Assembly: GCA_039028615.1 (NCBI GenBank) | Contig: JBCCHT010000008.1 | Span: forward strand, 32,001 to 96,000 | Source of the DNA: Myxococcota bacterium | GTDB taxonomy: Bacteria; Myxococcota_A; Polyangia; Nannocystales; Nannocystaceae | DNA: 64,000 nt | Reading direction: 5' to 3' | Shown here: positions 1 to 9,874 of the stretch, in pieces | Numbering within the stretch: the first letter of the stretch is position 1 | Layout: each line of letters starts with the position of its first letter | Notes under the pieces: generated by a model | The model's input: the letters and a program-made list of their open reading frames with translations, nothing else | Databases searched by the model: none | Told to the model about the DNA's origin: nothing | Program-made: the position numbers and the translations under genes

Positions 1-36
1 TTTCGATCCCAGTTCATGACCGATGTTTCGTCGCGT

Positions 37-2199
37 TCACGAACCGGCCCGATGGACTATTTTCCACGCGCGGTGGATGGGAGGTTCACGTCGAAAGTCG
101 ACCGGCAGCGTGGCGCGAGTGAGGTCTTCGACGTCCCATCGTTGCGACACTTCTGCTGCCAATTGGAAGCGACGTGCATTCGTGGAAAAGATCAACTCGC
201 CGCCCGGTGCCACCTTGTTCATCACTCCTTCGATCAATGTCGGGTGATCCCTGATGACATCAAAGCGATCGTCCATCGCCTTGGAGGTGGACGTCGTCGG
301 TGGATCGAGAAAGACCAAGTCGTACTGCTGGCGATCGTTTCGTAGCCAACGCTCGACATCGGCCTTCACCAACCGATGGGTGCCCCCGACTTCGATCCCG
401 TTGAGCTCGAGGTTGGCCTTGGCCCAGTCGAGATAGGTGTTGCTGAGATCGACGGTGGTGGTGGTCGCTGCCCCGCCCACCGCGGCATACACCGTCGCAC
501 TGCCCGTGTAGGCAAACAGGTTCAAGAAGCGCTTGCCCGCGGCCTTGGACTCGATGAGCGCACGCGTGACCCGATGATCGAGGAACAGCCCGGTGTCGAG
601 GTAATCGTGCAGGTTGACCCAAAACCGGTGGCCGCCCTCGGTCACGGCGAAGCGATGCCCGGTCGCGGCCAAGGGTCGGTACTGCGTTCGCCCCCGCCGA
701 CGGCGGCGGCGCTTGAGCACCACCGACCCGGGGTCGATGCCCAGCACCTCGGGCAAGGTGGCGATGACCAGGTCGACCCGTCGAGCGGCGACTTCGGGAT
801 CGACCCGCTCGGGCGCCTCGAACTCCTGCACGTGCAGCCACTTCTCGTAGCGATCGATGGCCACGTTGAACTCGGGGACATCCGAGTCGTAGAGCCGATA
901 GCAGCCGATGTCCTCGCGATTCGCCCAGCGCTTGCGCTGCTTGAGGTTCTTGCGCAGCCGGTTGACGAAGGGCGCCGCCTCGGCGCGATCGGACTCGGAA
1001 GTGCGCGGCGGCGGAGCGTCGTCGGAGGTGGGCGTGGGCAGAGCGTAGCGCAGCGCGGTGCAGCGCAGCGGCCCGTTGTGCACGGCCATGGTGGCCTCGG
1101 GCACCTGCCCCACCGCGTGGCGCAGCGCGTCGTCGGACGTGAGCACCACGCTGCGCCAGCCGGGGAAGCACCGCAACAGGGTTCGCCCCAAGCGACCGTA
1201 GAGCCCGCGCATGTCCGCCTTGTCGCCCAGCCGCTCGCCATAGGGAGGGTTGAGAGCGAGCAGTCCGTATTGCGGAGCCATGCCCGGGGACCATCGGCGA
1301 AGCGATCGCACCTCGAACTCGACCCGCGACGCTGCGTCGGCGCGCTGGGCATTGGCCTGGGCGTGCGCCACCACTTCGGCGTCGCCGTCGTAGCCGTGAA
1401 TGGAGGCGTTGGCCGCCGCTCGCCCCTTCTCGGCGCGCTCGTCGGCCTCGGCCTTCAGTTCGCGCCAGGCCTCGGTATCGTGGCCGAGCCAGCGCTCGAA
1501 GCCCCAGCTCGCGCGCAGGCAGCCGGGCGCGACGTCCTCGGCCATCCATGCCGCCTCGATCGCCAGCGTGCCCGCGCCCGCCATCGGGTCGACGAAGGTC
1601 GCCCCTTCGGCCGCCATCGTCGGCCACTCCACCCAGCGCAGCAGGGCCGCGGCCAGGTTCTCTTTGAGCGGGGCCACGCCGCGCTCGGTTCGGTAGCCGC
1701 GACGATGCAGGCTGTCGCCGCTCAGATCGATCGCGATGCTACAGCCCGAGCCGCGCGCGAACGCATTGATGCGTAGATCGGGGCCCCGCACCTGCACCGA
1801 GGGTCGACGCCCCGTGCGATCGCGAAAGCGGTCGACCACCGCGTCCTTGACCCGCTGCATGCCGAAGCGCGAGTGCGAGATCTTGGCCCGCACGCCCACG
1901 AAGTCGACGGCCAGCGTGCCCTCGGCCGACAGGTGGTCCTCCCACGGCAGCTCGCGCACGCCCTGGTAGAGCGCGTCGGGATCGGGGGCGGAGATGTCGG
2001 CCACGTGCAGCAACACCCGATTGGCGATGCGCGACCACAGACAGATCCGATAGCCGAACGACAGCGGCCCTCGCACTCGGCATCCGCCGGGCTCCGTCCG
2101 CACGACCCGAGCACCCAGCTCCCGCAGCTCGTCGGCGAGCAGCTCGGTGAGGCCCCGCGGGGCGGTGACGAAGAACGAGTAGGTCGACACGTCGGGCAA
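37..2199 (-). CDS. rlmL: Bifunctional 23S rRNA (G2445-N2/G2069-N7) methyltransferase RlmKL
   Basis: 720 aa. THUMP-like N-terminus, APLKENLAAA, DPMAGAGT, NPPYGERLG; second MTase half with YRLYD, DTGLFLDHR, FLNLFAYTG, DPPT. Confidence 0.95.
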   Translation of the reverse strand: MPDVSTYSFFVTAPRGLTELLADELRELGARVVRTEPGGCRVRGPLSFGYRICLWSRIANRVLLHVADISAPDPDALYQGVRELPWEDHLSAEGTLAVDFVGVRAKISHSRFGMQRVKDAVVDRFRDRTGRRPSVQVRGPDLRINAFARGSGCSIAIDLSGDSLHRRGYRTERGVAPLKENLAAALLRWVEWPTMAAEGATFVDPMAGAGTLAIEAAWMAEDVAPGCLRASWGFERWLGHDTEAWRELKAEADERAEKGRAAANASIHGYDGDAEVVAHAQANAQRADAASRVEFEVRSLRRWSPGMAPQYGLLALNPPYGERLGDKADMRGLYGRLGRTLLRCFPGWRSVVLTSDDALRHAVGQVPEATMAVHNGPLRCTALRYALPTPTSDDAPPPRTSESDRAEAAPFVNRLRKNLKQRKRWANREDIGCYRLYDSDVPEFNVAIDRYEKWLHVQEFEAPERVDPEVAARRVDLVIATLPEVLGIDPGSVVLKRRRRRRGRTQYRPLAATGHRFAVTEGGHRFWVNLHDYLDTGLFLDHRVTRALIESKAAGKRFLNLFAYTGSATVYAAVGGAATTTTVDLSNTYLDWAKANLELNGIEVGGTHRLVKADVERWLRNDRQQYDLVFLDPPTTSTSKAMDDRFDVIRDHPTLIEGVMNKVAPGGELIFSTNARRFQLAAEVSQRWDVEDLTRATLPVDFRREPPIHRAWKIVHRAGS

Positions 2200-2250
2200 C
2201 CATGGACCATTGCCGGCCCATACGCGAGTGGCCCCGCTGTCGCCCCCCGG

Positions 2251-3051
2251 CTAGCGCAGCGCTTGCTGGAGCGCAGGGCGCAGGCGAGGCCCGCTGGCGC
2301 ACACGCTGGGCCCGCGCAGGGTCCAGGGCTCGCCGTGCATCGTCTCGACCTCGCCGCCCGCCTCGCGCACCAGCACGACGCCCGCGCCCCAATCCCAGGG
2401 CTGCAGGCAGTACTCCCAGAACCCGTCGACGCGACCCGAAGCCACGTAGGCCAGGTCGAGCGCGGCGCTGCCGACCCGTCGCACGCCGCGAACCTGCCGC
2501 ACCACGCGACCGAACTCCTCCACGTTGCCGCCGCGAGGGCGGTCGTAGCCGAAGCCAGTGGCGAGCAGACTGTGCGACAGCTGCTCGGTGTCGGTGACTT
2601 GCAAGCGGCGGTCTTCGTGGTTCGGCCGACGCAGCCACGCGCCGTGGCCCCGACGCGCGAAGAAGGTCTCCTCGCGCACGGGGTCGTGCACCACGCCCAC
2701 CAGGCCCGTCTCGCCGTCGAATAGACCGATCGACACGCTGAAGTGGGGAAAGCGATGGGCGAAGTTGGTGGTGCCGTCGAGCGGATCGACGTACCAGCAC
2801 GGACCGTCGGCGCGGGTGACCTCGCCCGATTCCTCCGCCACGATGCCGTCACCGGGCACCGCCTGCTTCAGGCGCTCGAGCACCACCGCCTCGGCGGCGC
2901 GATCGGCCGGCGTCACCAGATCGGCCTGCGACGACTTGGTCTCGATCTCCAGGTGCCCCTCGAAGAACTCCAGCAGCCGCCGCCCCGCCGCCTGGGCGGT
3001 GTCGATGGCCAGGTCCAGGCGCGCTTGCTGTTCAGCGTCGCTCAGGCTCAT
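2251..3051 (-). CDS. suhB: Inositol monophosphatase family protein (SuhB-like)
   Basis: DLVT.AD, EE, WYVDPLDGTTNF, GSAALDLAYVASG, WD motifs. Start MSLSD at 3051 overlaps the SDR stop (ATGA); the longer 605-aa ORF call is an upstream extension. Confidence 0.88.
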   Translation of the reverse strand: MSLSDAEQQARLDLAIDTAQAAGRRLLEFFEGHLEIETKSSQADLVTPADRAAEAVVLERLKQAVPGDGIVAEESGEVTRADGPCWYVDPLDGTTNFAHRFPHFSVSIGLFDGETGLVGVVHDPVREETFFARRGHGAWLRRPNHEDRRLQVTDTEQLSHSLLATGFGYDRPRGGNVEEFGRVVRQVRGVRRVGSAALDLAYVASGRVDGFWEYCLQPWDWGAGVVLVREAGGEVETMHGEPWTLRGPSVCASGPRLRPALQQALR

Positions 3052-3890
3052 GAGCGATCCGCCCCGATGACTCGACCCAACGCCAGCTTGGCCGTGCGCC
3101 GATACAGCCGCGACGAGATCTTGCGCAGCAGCACCGCCGGATAGGCCGACCCCAGCGTGGTCGCGACCGGGGCTCCGCTGCGCACCGCCTTGAGGATGTC
3201 CTTGGCCACCCGCTCGGGCGGGATGCCGCGCTTTTCGTAGAAGTCGATGAGCTTGCTCCGACGCTCGCCCACCGCCCCCTCGAGCCGCCCGGAGCGAATG
3301 ATGTCGGTGGAGATCACCCCGGGGCAGATCGCGGTCACCTTGATCCCGTGCGGCGCCAGCTCGGCCCCCAACGCCTCGGAGACGCCCACCACCGCAAACT
3401 TGCTCGCACAATAGGGCGCCATCGAAGGCAGGCCGATCAGCCCCGCCATGGAGGCGGTATTGACGATGTGGGCCTTGCCGCCCTGATCGATGAGCCGCGG
3501 CACGAACACGTGAATGCCGTGCACGACCCCCCACAGGTTTACGTCGAGCACCCACCGCCAGTCGTCGAGGCTCGTCTCGTGCACCAGGGCGCTGTGCCCC
3601 ACCCCCGCGTTGTTGACCAACACGTCGACCCGGTGGTGGCGTCGGTAGATATCCTCCGCCAACGCCTCCATCGCCTCGGGGTCGCGTACGTCGACGACGT
3701 GGGCATGGGCCTCGGACCCGAGCCGCCGAATCTCGGCCCCGACCTCCTCGACCCGGCCGCGGTGGATGTCGACCAGGTGCAGACGAGCACCGTGCTTGGC
3801 AAAGGCAGCCGCGGTGGCCCGACCGATGCCCGAGCCCGCCCCGGTGATGACGACGATGCGATCCTTGAACCGCTTGAAGATGCTGAGCAT
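3048..3890 (-). CDS. Short-chain dehydrogenase/reductase (SDR)
   Basis: TGAGSGIG, NNAG, catalytic S and YCASK motifs. Confidence 0.93.
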   Translation of the reverse strand: MLSIFKRFKDRIVVITGAGSGIGRATAAAFAKHGARLHLVDIHRGRVEEVGAEIRRLGSEAHAHVVDVRDPEAMEALAEDIYRRHHRVDVLVNNAGVGHSALVHETSLDDWRWVLDVNLWGVVHGIHVFVPRLIDQGGKAHIVNTASMAGLIGLPSMAPYCASKFAVVGVSEALGAELAPHGIKVTAICPGVISTDIIRSGRLEGAVGERRSKLIDFYEKRGIPPERVAKDILKAVRSGAPVATTLGSAYPAVLLRKISSRLYRRTAKLALGRVIGADRS

Positions 3891-3976
3891 GAGGTGACGG
3901 GCAGGCTAGCAGGGTGCGCGCGTCGCCGAGTAAGCGAGCGACTTCGTTGACCTTTAGTGTACTTTCGATCGTAGCC

Positions 3977-4264
3977 ATGCCGACCTTGGAAGCACGCATC
4001 GCCACCCTCGAGCGCCAGAACCGAGCCCTTCGGGCGTCCTTCATCGTCAGCGCGATCGCCTTGGTCACCTGCGGCGGGATCGTGTCGAACTACGAGCGGG
4101 TCAACACGAACTCGCTGGTGATCCAGGACGCGAACGAGCAGGCCAAGATCACCTTGTCGTCCAACGGCAACATCACGTTCCACGGCAAGACTCGTGCGGT
4201 GCTCAATGCCAAGGTGCTGAGCGAGCTGCTGGCCAAGGACGAGCCGCCCCCGGCCCCGAAGTGA
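3977..4264 (+). CDS. Small hypothetical protein (coiled coil plus one TM/signal segment)
   Basis: MPTLEARIATLERQN followed by a hydrophobic stretch; GC3-rich codons; ATG at 3977. Confidence 0.65.
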   Translation: MPTLEARIATLERQNRALRASFIVSAIALVTCGGIVSNYERVNTNSLVIQDANEQAKITLSSNGNITFHGKTRAVLNAKVLSELLAKDEPPPAPK

Positions 4265-4415
4265 GGGGGCAACCGGCCGAGCTCGAGGAGAGCGCTTTGG
4301 TGTAGGCGATTCCCTGTTTCGACCCGATCGAGACGAAATCGCGAACGGAGTGCCCTCGCCCGATCACTACACGCGGTTGCCCGAGCGTCGACCGCCGACG
4401 CGGGGCCCCAATCCC

Positions 4416-6323
4416 ATGTCCTGCCGCTCCTTCGCTCCTTCCTCCCCTTTCGCCTCCCGCTCCCGACTGACGCTGGCCGCCTGCGCCCTCGCCACGCTGA
4501 CGCTGGCCTGCGGAGACGACTCCTCGAACCCCGCCGACACCGACGCCGCCGCCACCATGGGCGGGCCGGACACCGACGGCAACGAGTCCGCGGACGAGAC
4601 GGCGGGAGCGGCCGGCCCGCTGCAGATCGGCGTCACCAACGTCGTGTCCACGCGCTTCGAGGACTGCATCGAGCCGATCGTCGGGCCCGAGCAAGGCCCC
4701 CTCGCCGACGATGGCCCGCAGTTCCTCGACGCTGGCGGCACGCCGGGCCTGCCTCCCGACTGGACCCCGGGCGAGACCTGCACGCTGGTCGGGGGCGGGC
4801 TCGAGTGCGACTCGGGCATCACGGTGATGGAGTACTCGGGGCCGAGCCAGTTCGTGCTGATCACCTTCGCCGCCTCGGACGCTGCGGTGCTCTTCTCCAT
4901 CTCGGGCACCCCCAACGGGGTACGCCCGATCGATGACGGCGGCCGCGTCGCGCTGGTGGGATCGATCCAGAATGGCTCGACGATTCGCGCCGACCCGCTG
5001 CGTGGGACGATTTCCGACCTTCGCATCACCCCCATTACCGCCACCAACTTCACGCCGCCGACCAACTCACGGGTCCTCTTCGACATCCCGGAGGCCCCCT
5101 CCCTCGGCGGCGACATTCGGGCCGGCGGTCTGTCCTACCTGGCCTCGATCACCCTGCCGACCGATGGCGACTACGCGTTCGGCACCATGTGCTTCGACCA
5201 GGTGGAGACGGGCGAGAGCGGCTGCGAGGACCTGCCCTCGTGTCGATGGTTCTACGACGGCGAGCAGTTCCAGTCCGGCGGCTACGAGTGGGATTCTTCG
5301 GTCGACCCCTTCGAGGAGAACTTCCCGGAGCTCGAGGAGATCCAGCGCAGCACGGGCGTCAACACGCGGCAGGCGGGCGAGTACTACGTCGGGTGTGATG
5401 CCCCCGCGCGAGTCTTCGTGCGCAACTACGACGACGCGCTCGTGCGCTCCTGCAACTTCGTGACCTGGTACTTCGACCTGGCGCAGGGCGAAGTCCCGGT
5501 GTCGGACCTGACCGTCGACGCGCTGACTCCGGTGGTGAACGACGAGGAGCTGAGCGTGGAGGCGGGGGCTCGCCTGACCCAGGACAACGTCTCGCGGGTC
5601 ACGCTGCTGCTCGATCGCAGCTTCAGCATCACCGCCGCGGAGGCGACCGAGTCGGTGGTGGGCGCGGCCTCCTCGTTCGTGGATTCGATGCCCGCGGGGA
5701 CGATCTATCAGCTCGCCGAGTTCGCGAGCGAGGCCGAGGTCCCGCTCGATCTCATGCAGATCCCCAGCCGCGACGTCGCCGAGGTCCAGGCCAACCTCAC
5801 CCAGTACGCACCATGGCCCGTGTCCAACTCGGAGGGCTTCACCAAGCTCTTCGATGCGATCGGCAACACCCCCGTCGAAGGGTTTCGCCGCTGGCGGAAC
5901 AACCTCACTCCCGTGGAGTACGACCGCATGCCACGGACGATCGTGGTGTTCACCGACGGTGACGACACCGCGAGCACGCTGTTCACCGACAACGCGGGCG
6001 TCCCCGATGCCTCCGTGGTCACGGGGCAGCTCGACGTCTGCCTCACCGACCTGGCCGCGATCGGCCTCGGCGACGAGATCCAGCAGTCCACCCTCGAGTC
6101 GCTGGCGGGCGACCAGGTGTTCCTCGCCCCCGCCAACGGCGACCTCGAGGGGGCGTTCCAGGACGTGGCCGCCCGCCTGACCACCCGCTACCGCTTCAAG
6201 ATGCTCACCCCCGAGTACGTGGACATCGAGGGCTCGACCGCGCTGTCGGCCAGCTACGAGGGCGAGCAGGCGACCGGGTTGTTCACGGCCCCCGAGGGCA
6301 ATTGCACGGAGTTCGAGGGCTGA
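4416..6323 (+). CDS. Lipoprotein with C-terminal von Willebrand factor A domain
   Basis: Lipobox LTLAC, acidic linker, MIDAS LLLDRSFS, TKLFDA, VFTDG. Start uncertain (4350 or 4416). Confidence 0.8.
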   Translation: MSCRSFAPSSPFASRSRLTLAACALATLTLACGDDSSNPADTDAAATMGGPDTDGNESADETAGAAGPLQIGVTNVVSTRFEDCIEPIVGPEQGPLADDGPQFLDAGGTPGLPPDWTPGETCTLVGGGLECDSGITVMEYSGPSQFVLITFAASDAAVLFSISGTPNGVRPIDDGGRVALVGSIQNGSTIRADPLRGTISDLRITPITATNFTPPTNSRVLFDIPEAPSLGGDIRAGGLSYLASITLPTDGDYAFGTMCFDQVETGESGCEDLPSCRWFYDGEQFQSGGYEWDSSVDPFEENFPELEEIQRSTGVNTRQAGEYYVGCDAPARVFVRNYDDALVRSCNFVTWYFDLAQGEVPVSDLTVDALTPVVNDEELSVEAGARLTQDNVSRVTLLLDRSFSITAAEATESVVGAASSFVDSMPAGTIYQLAEFASEAEVPLDLMQIPSRDVAEVQANLTQYAPWPVSNSEGFTKLFDAIGNTPVEGFRRWRNNLTPVEYDRMPRTIVVFTDGDDTASTLFTDNAGVPDASVVTGQLDVCLTDLAAIGLGDEIQQSTLESLAGDQVFLAPANGDLEGAFQDVAARLTTRYRFKMLTPEYVDIEGSTALSASYEGEQATGLFTAPEGNCTEFEG

Positions 6324-6326
6324 GGG

Positions 6327-6836
6327 CTAGCCCCCGACTTCGGCGACGGAGCGGCTGTCGGCCAGCTCCATGACCGCAGCCGCGAGCGCGTCCATCGACC
6401 CGGTATCGACCGCGGGATTGCCCGGCAACGATAGCAACCACTGCGTGGCGTCGGGCACGTTGGAGAAGGGCTTGGTGGGGCTCGCGGTGCGCCCCAGCAG
6501 CATGATCCCGGTGAGCAGCGAGCGCATGATCGTGGCGCGCAGTCCCGAGTCCCCCACCACCACCGCCGCCCCGAGCATGGTGGTGCCGTTGGCCTTGGCC
6601 ATCGCGCCCGATTTTTTGCGGGCCTCCTCGTCGATCTTCGACAGGATGGGGACCAGCATTACCGAGAGGCTGGCAAAGTGGCCGAACTCCCGCTTGATGA
6701 CCTCTTGGAGCTGCTCGAGCCGCTCGAGGTCGGCCACGCAGGCCCGGCGCCAGAACACGGTGATCAGCACGTGACGCCACGACGCGACCACGAACGCGGG
6801 CTCGTCGTGCATGAAGTGGAGTTCGGCCGCAGGCAT
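6327..6836 (-). CDS. Hypothetical protein (myxobacterial STAS/SpoIIAA-like)
   Basis: AAVVVGDSGLRATIMRSLLTG...F..V.DA..WL pattern typical of this family; start at MPAAELHF. Confidence 0.6.
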   Translation of the reverse strand: MPAAELHFMHDEPAFVVASWRHVLITVFWRRACVADLERLEQLQEVIKREFGHFASLSVMLVPILSKIDEEARKKSGAMAKANGTTMLGAAVVVGDSGLRATIMRSLLTGIMLLGRTASPTKPFSNVPDATQWLLSLPGNPAVDTGSMDALAAAVMELADSRSVAEVGG

Positions 6837-7073
6837 GGGTCGGGAACGGGACGGTCTCGCCGACGCGAGCCTCGCCGTGGTTGTACCGATCTTTTCGGCG
6901 AGCTTGAAATGGGGGCGACCGAGCGCCGAGGGCCACGGAATATCGCAGGTTGCGCATCGCGGGGAGCGGGAGAACATCACCGTTCCGCGGCTGAATTCGG
7001 GTCCTGGCGCGCTTTCGCGAGGAATCTGCGCCGCAGGGTGCGACAGCGCGGGTCCCGACTCGTCTCTAGCGGC

Positions 7074-7583
7074 ATGGGGCTGTTCGACAAGGCCAAGAAA
7101 TTCCTGGGTGGCAAGGGCATGGCAGACGTGACGATCACCGTGATCGAGCGTCAGCCGGCCGAGAGTGCGACCTTCCCGGTGACCGACTCCGTGCTCAAGG
7201 GCACGATGGTCATCGACGTCAAGAAGGACTGCACGCTGCTCGCGACCAAGTACGAGATCTGGCTCGAGGTCGACACGGATGACGAGGAGAAGGCCAACCG
7301 GGTCGATCTGGTCGCGTTCGATGCCGATCCGGACCCCAACACCTCGTACTCCGACGAGTGCCTCAAGATGCCCTGCGACCTGACTCCGGGGCAGCAGATC
7401 ACGCAGCCCTGGCTCGTCTGCGACGTGGAGCTGGCCAAGTACCTCGCCAAGGGAGGCATCAGCGATCCCAACGCGGCCGTCGGCAACTCGAACGTGCGGC
7501 TCAAGGTCAAGTGCATTGCCGACGTGAAGGGCTCGCCCTTCGACCCGAGCGCCGAGGTGACGGTGCAGCTCGCTCCGAGCTGA
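7074..7583 (+). CDS. Hypothetical protein, possibly SpoOM/arrestin-like beta sandwich
   Basis: MGLFDKAKKFLGG N-terminus, beta-rich sequence, ADVKGSPFDP near the C-terminus; strong codon bias. Confidence 0.6.
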   Translation: MGLFDKAKKFLGGKGMADVTITVIERQPAESATFPVTDSVLKGTMVIDVKKDCTLLATKYEIWLEVDTDDEEKANRVDLVAFDADPDPNTSYSDECLKMPCDLTPGQQITQPWLVCDVELAKYLAKGGISDPNAAVGNSNVRLKVKCIADVKGSPFDPSAEVTVQLAPS

Positions 7584-7585
7584 GA

Positions 7586-8605
7586 TCAGGGCGTGCCGCG
7601 GCGGTGGAGCTCGACCTCCGCCGCGATGTAGCCGAAGGCCGCCCACTGGTCGGTGCCCACGACGGCCCGCCACTGCTCGAGCGCCACGGGCAGCCGCCCC
7701 TGCGCGAGATGATGGTGACCCACGCCGAAGCCGAGGGTCGCCGAGTCGAGCCCTTCGGTGCCTCCGGGCAGGACCTGCGCGGCCGAGGCCTCGCCCTTGA
7801 ACAGGGTCAGTAGCTGCAAGTACGCGTGGTTTTCGAGCAGCGGCATGTCGGCGGAGAACGACTTCAGCAACCCCGGCACCTCGTCGTTGCGACCCATCCG
7901 CTGGAAGGTGAGCGCCAGCCAGTACGCGACCGCGACCCGCATGTCGTCGGTGGTCGACGCCGCCTCGCAGCGACGATAGGCCACCAACGCCTCGTCGAAC
8001 TTCTCCTGGAGGAACAGCGCCAGGCCGAGGTGGTAGTAGACGTTGGTCTGGAGCGTGCCCGTGGGGATCCCGGCCGGGTTGGGGAGTCCGTCCGGCTCGA
8101 CCTCGCTGGGCATGGTCTTCACGATGCTCGCCGCCAGGTCGAGGTCACGCTCCGCCTGCTCGAAGCGGCGCAGGGTGATGAAGCGATGACCGCGATGCCG
8201 CAGCAGGTGCGGCTCGTCGAGGTGGATCTTCAGGCCGGCGGTGAAGATGTCGATCGCCTCCTGGTAGCGGCCGAGATAGGCCGTGCGGCGCCCGTACCAG
8301 ACGATGGCGTCGAGGTCCTCGGGTGCGGCCTCGTAGCGTGCCTTGGCCTCGAGCCACTTCGCGTGGCGATCGGCGTACACGTCGTCGGGGAGCACGGGCC
8401 GTAGCAAGGGCCGACCGTCGACCGCGTTCGCCTCCACGACGTCGGGCGCCTGGGGCGGCGGCGTCTGCTCGGCCGTCGCCGTCGGCTCGCCCGCGCTCGT
8501 CTCCGTGCCTGCGTCGGCCTGCGTCGGCGTGTCCGGTCCGGCTGGAGTCTCGACGGGTCGGCAGGCAACGCCAGCCAACAGCAGCAGGGGCAGAACGGAC
8601 CGCAT
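7586..8605 (-). CDS. TPR-repeat lipoprotein
   Basis: Lipobox GVAC, Pro/Thr linker, TPR-like helices (YLGRYQEAI, YYHLGLALFLQEKFDEAL). Confidence 0.8.
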   Translation of the reverse strand: MRSVLPLLLLAGVACRPVETPAGPDTPTQADAGTETSAGEPTATAEQTPPPQAPDVVEANAVDGRPLLRPVLPDDVYADRHAKWLEAKARYEAAPEDLDAIVWYGRRTAYLGRYQEAIDIFTAGLKIHLDEPHLLRHRGHRFITLRRFEQAERDLDLAASIVKTMPSEVEPDGLPNPAGIPTGTLQTNVYYHLGLALFLQEKFDEALVAYRRCEAASTTDDMRVAVAYWLALTFQRMGRNDEVPGLLKSFSADMPLLENHAYLQLLTLFKGEASAAQVLPGGTEGLDSATLGFGVGHHHLAQGRLPVALEQWRAVVGTDQWAAFGYIAAEVELHRRGTP

Positions 8606-8640
8606 GCCGCGAGCCTATCGCAGCCCGTGCGGGACGCGGG

Positions 8641-9597
8641 CTAGCCAGTGACCCAGTCGGTGAGCATGGGCAGGAGCAGGGCCAGAGCCACGCTCGCCGC
8701 CAGGCCGATGCCGGCCTTGATCACGTCGCGCAGGACCAGCGCGCCCGTCTCCTTCGGCGTGCGGATCTTCAGGCGGATGGTCAGGGCGAGCTCACGACCC
8801 GCCAGCATGCCCAAGAACACCCAGGTCGTGCTCATGGGGATGTTGCTGAGCTCCTTGAAGAAGAACAGTACCAGGCCGTAGGTGAAGTTGATGACCGCCG
8901 CGGCCCGGATGTCCGTGGTGTTGGTCTTCGAGGTGACGATCTTCTGGATCGGCCCGCCCGCGCTGTAGAAGACCCAGCCGAGCAGCGCGACCATCATCGC
9001 CAAACCACCGAGCAAGGCCTCGGGCTGCAGCGGCCGCGGCAGGTACACGAAGATGTTGGCGAGGTCCTGGATGAGCCACTGCGTCCACAAAAAACCCGTG
9101 GACAGCCACTGGATGACCAGCCACAGGCGAGGGCGCTTCACGGGGTTGTCCGGCGTGAACCGCTTGGAGACGATCTCCGCGATGGCCAGGTAGACCAGCA
9201 GCGCCACGACGAAGGCGACCGCGTAGCCGAGCAGCGACTTGGTCAGCATGCTGCCCAGGCTCTTGGGCGAGAACACGGTGAGCACGAGGAAGGTGGTGCT
9301 CACTGGCATCCCGAGCCGGGTCAGGATGAGCAGCACGATCGGCGGCAGCACGTACAACCACGTGTACGGGTCGGGGAACGGGATGCGATCGAGACGGCCG
9401 TAGGACACGTCACCGTCGTGCGTGAACCAGCCCCAAAGCAGGACGGCCACGAGGATCGAACCCGAGTAGAGCCACAAGACCCACCAGGGGCGCTCACGGT
9501 TCGACGCGAGAAAAGTACCGAGCGTTTGGATGGCGTCGTTGGCAACGACGGCGTACGAGGCCAGCGCGAAGCCAGCCAGCATCAGAAACCATTCCAT
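8641..9597 (-). CDS. Multi-pass membrane protein, PiT (phosphate/sulfate permease)-like
   Basis: About 10 hydrophobic segments; internal duplication of ANDAIQT/QDLANI and PVSTT/PMSTT motifs resembling PiT signatures. Confidence 0.7.
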   Translation of the reverse strand: MEWFLMLAGFALASYAVVANDAIQTLGTFLASNRERPWWVLWLYSGSILVAVLLWGWFTHDGDVSYGRLDRIPFPDPYTWLYVLPPIVLLILTRLGMPVSTTFLVLTVFSPKSLGSMLTKSLLGYAVAFVVALLVYLAIAEIVSKRFTPDNPVKRPRLWLVIQWLSTGFLWTQWLIQDLANIFVYLPRPLQPEALLGGLAMMVALLGWVFYSAGGPIQKIVTSKTNTTDIRAAAVINFTYGLVLFFFKELSNIPMSTTWVFLGMLAGRELALTIRLKIRTPKETGALVLRDVIKAGIGLAASVALALLLPMLTDWVTG

Positions 9598-9683
9598 GGA
9601 ATTGCGTTTCGTCCGTCGCGTAGTACCGCGGCGAGGGCCACACATTGCCGTAGGCGTGCCCGTGTCGCCGGCTCGGGGGCGGA

Positions 9684-9701
9684 AGTTACCCACTTGTGAC
9701 A
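9684..9701 (-). promoter_or_regulatory. Pho-box-like direct repeat
   Basis: Minus strand TGTCACAAGTGGGTAACT: GTCAC and GTAAC spaced 11 bp apart, about 87 nt upstream of the PiT-like gene. Confidence 0.45.
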
Positions 9702-9874
9702 TGCGGCAGGAAGCACCTCACGGATCCGGCATGCCACGGCGGGGGAACCCCTGCGAAAAGGGCCTGCGGGGATCACGGGGGCGCACATCAGCCGCCGAAG
9801 TGGCACCTCGCCTCGGTCGCCGCCGCGGATTTTTCGCACTCCACGTGATGGTCACCACGAAGGAGTCGAGCCGG

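Noticed and set aside
2251..4068. 605-aa ORF suggesting an N-terminally extended inositol monophosphatase
   Set aside because: The upstream part is an off-frame shadow of the SDR gene; the true start is 3051.
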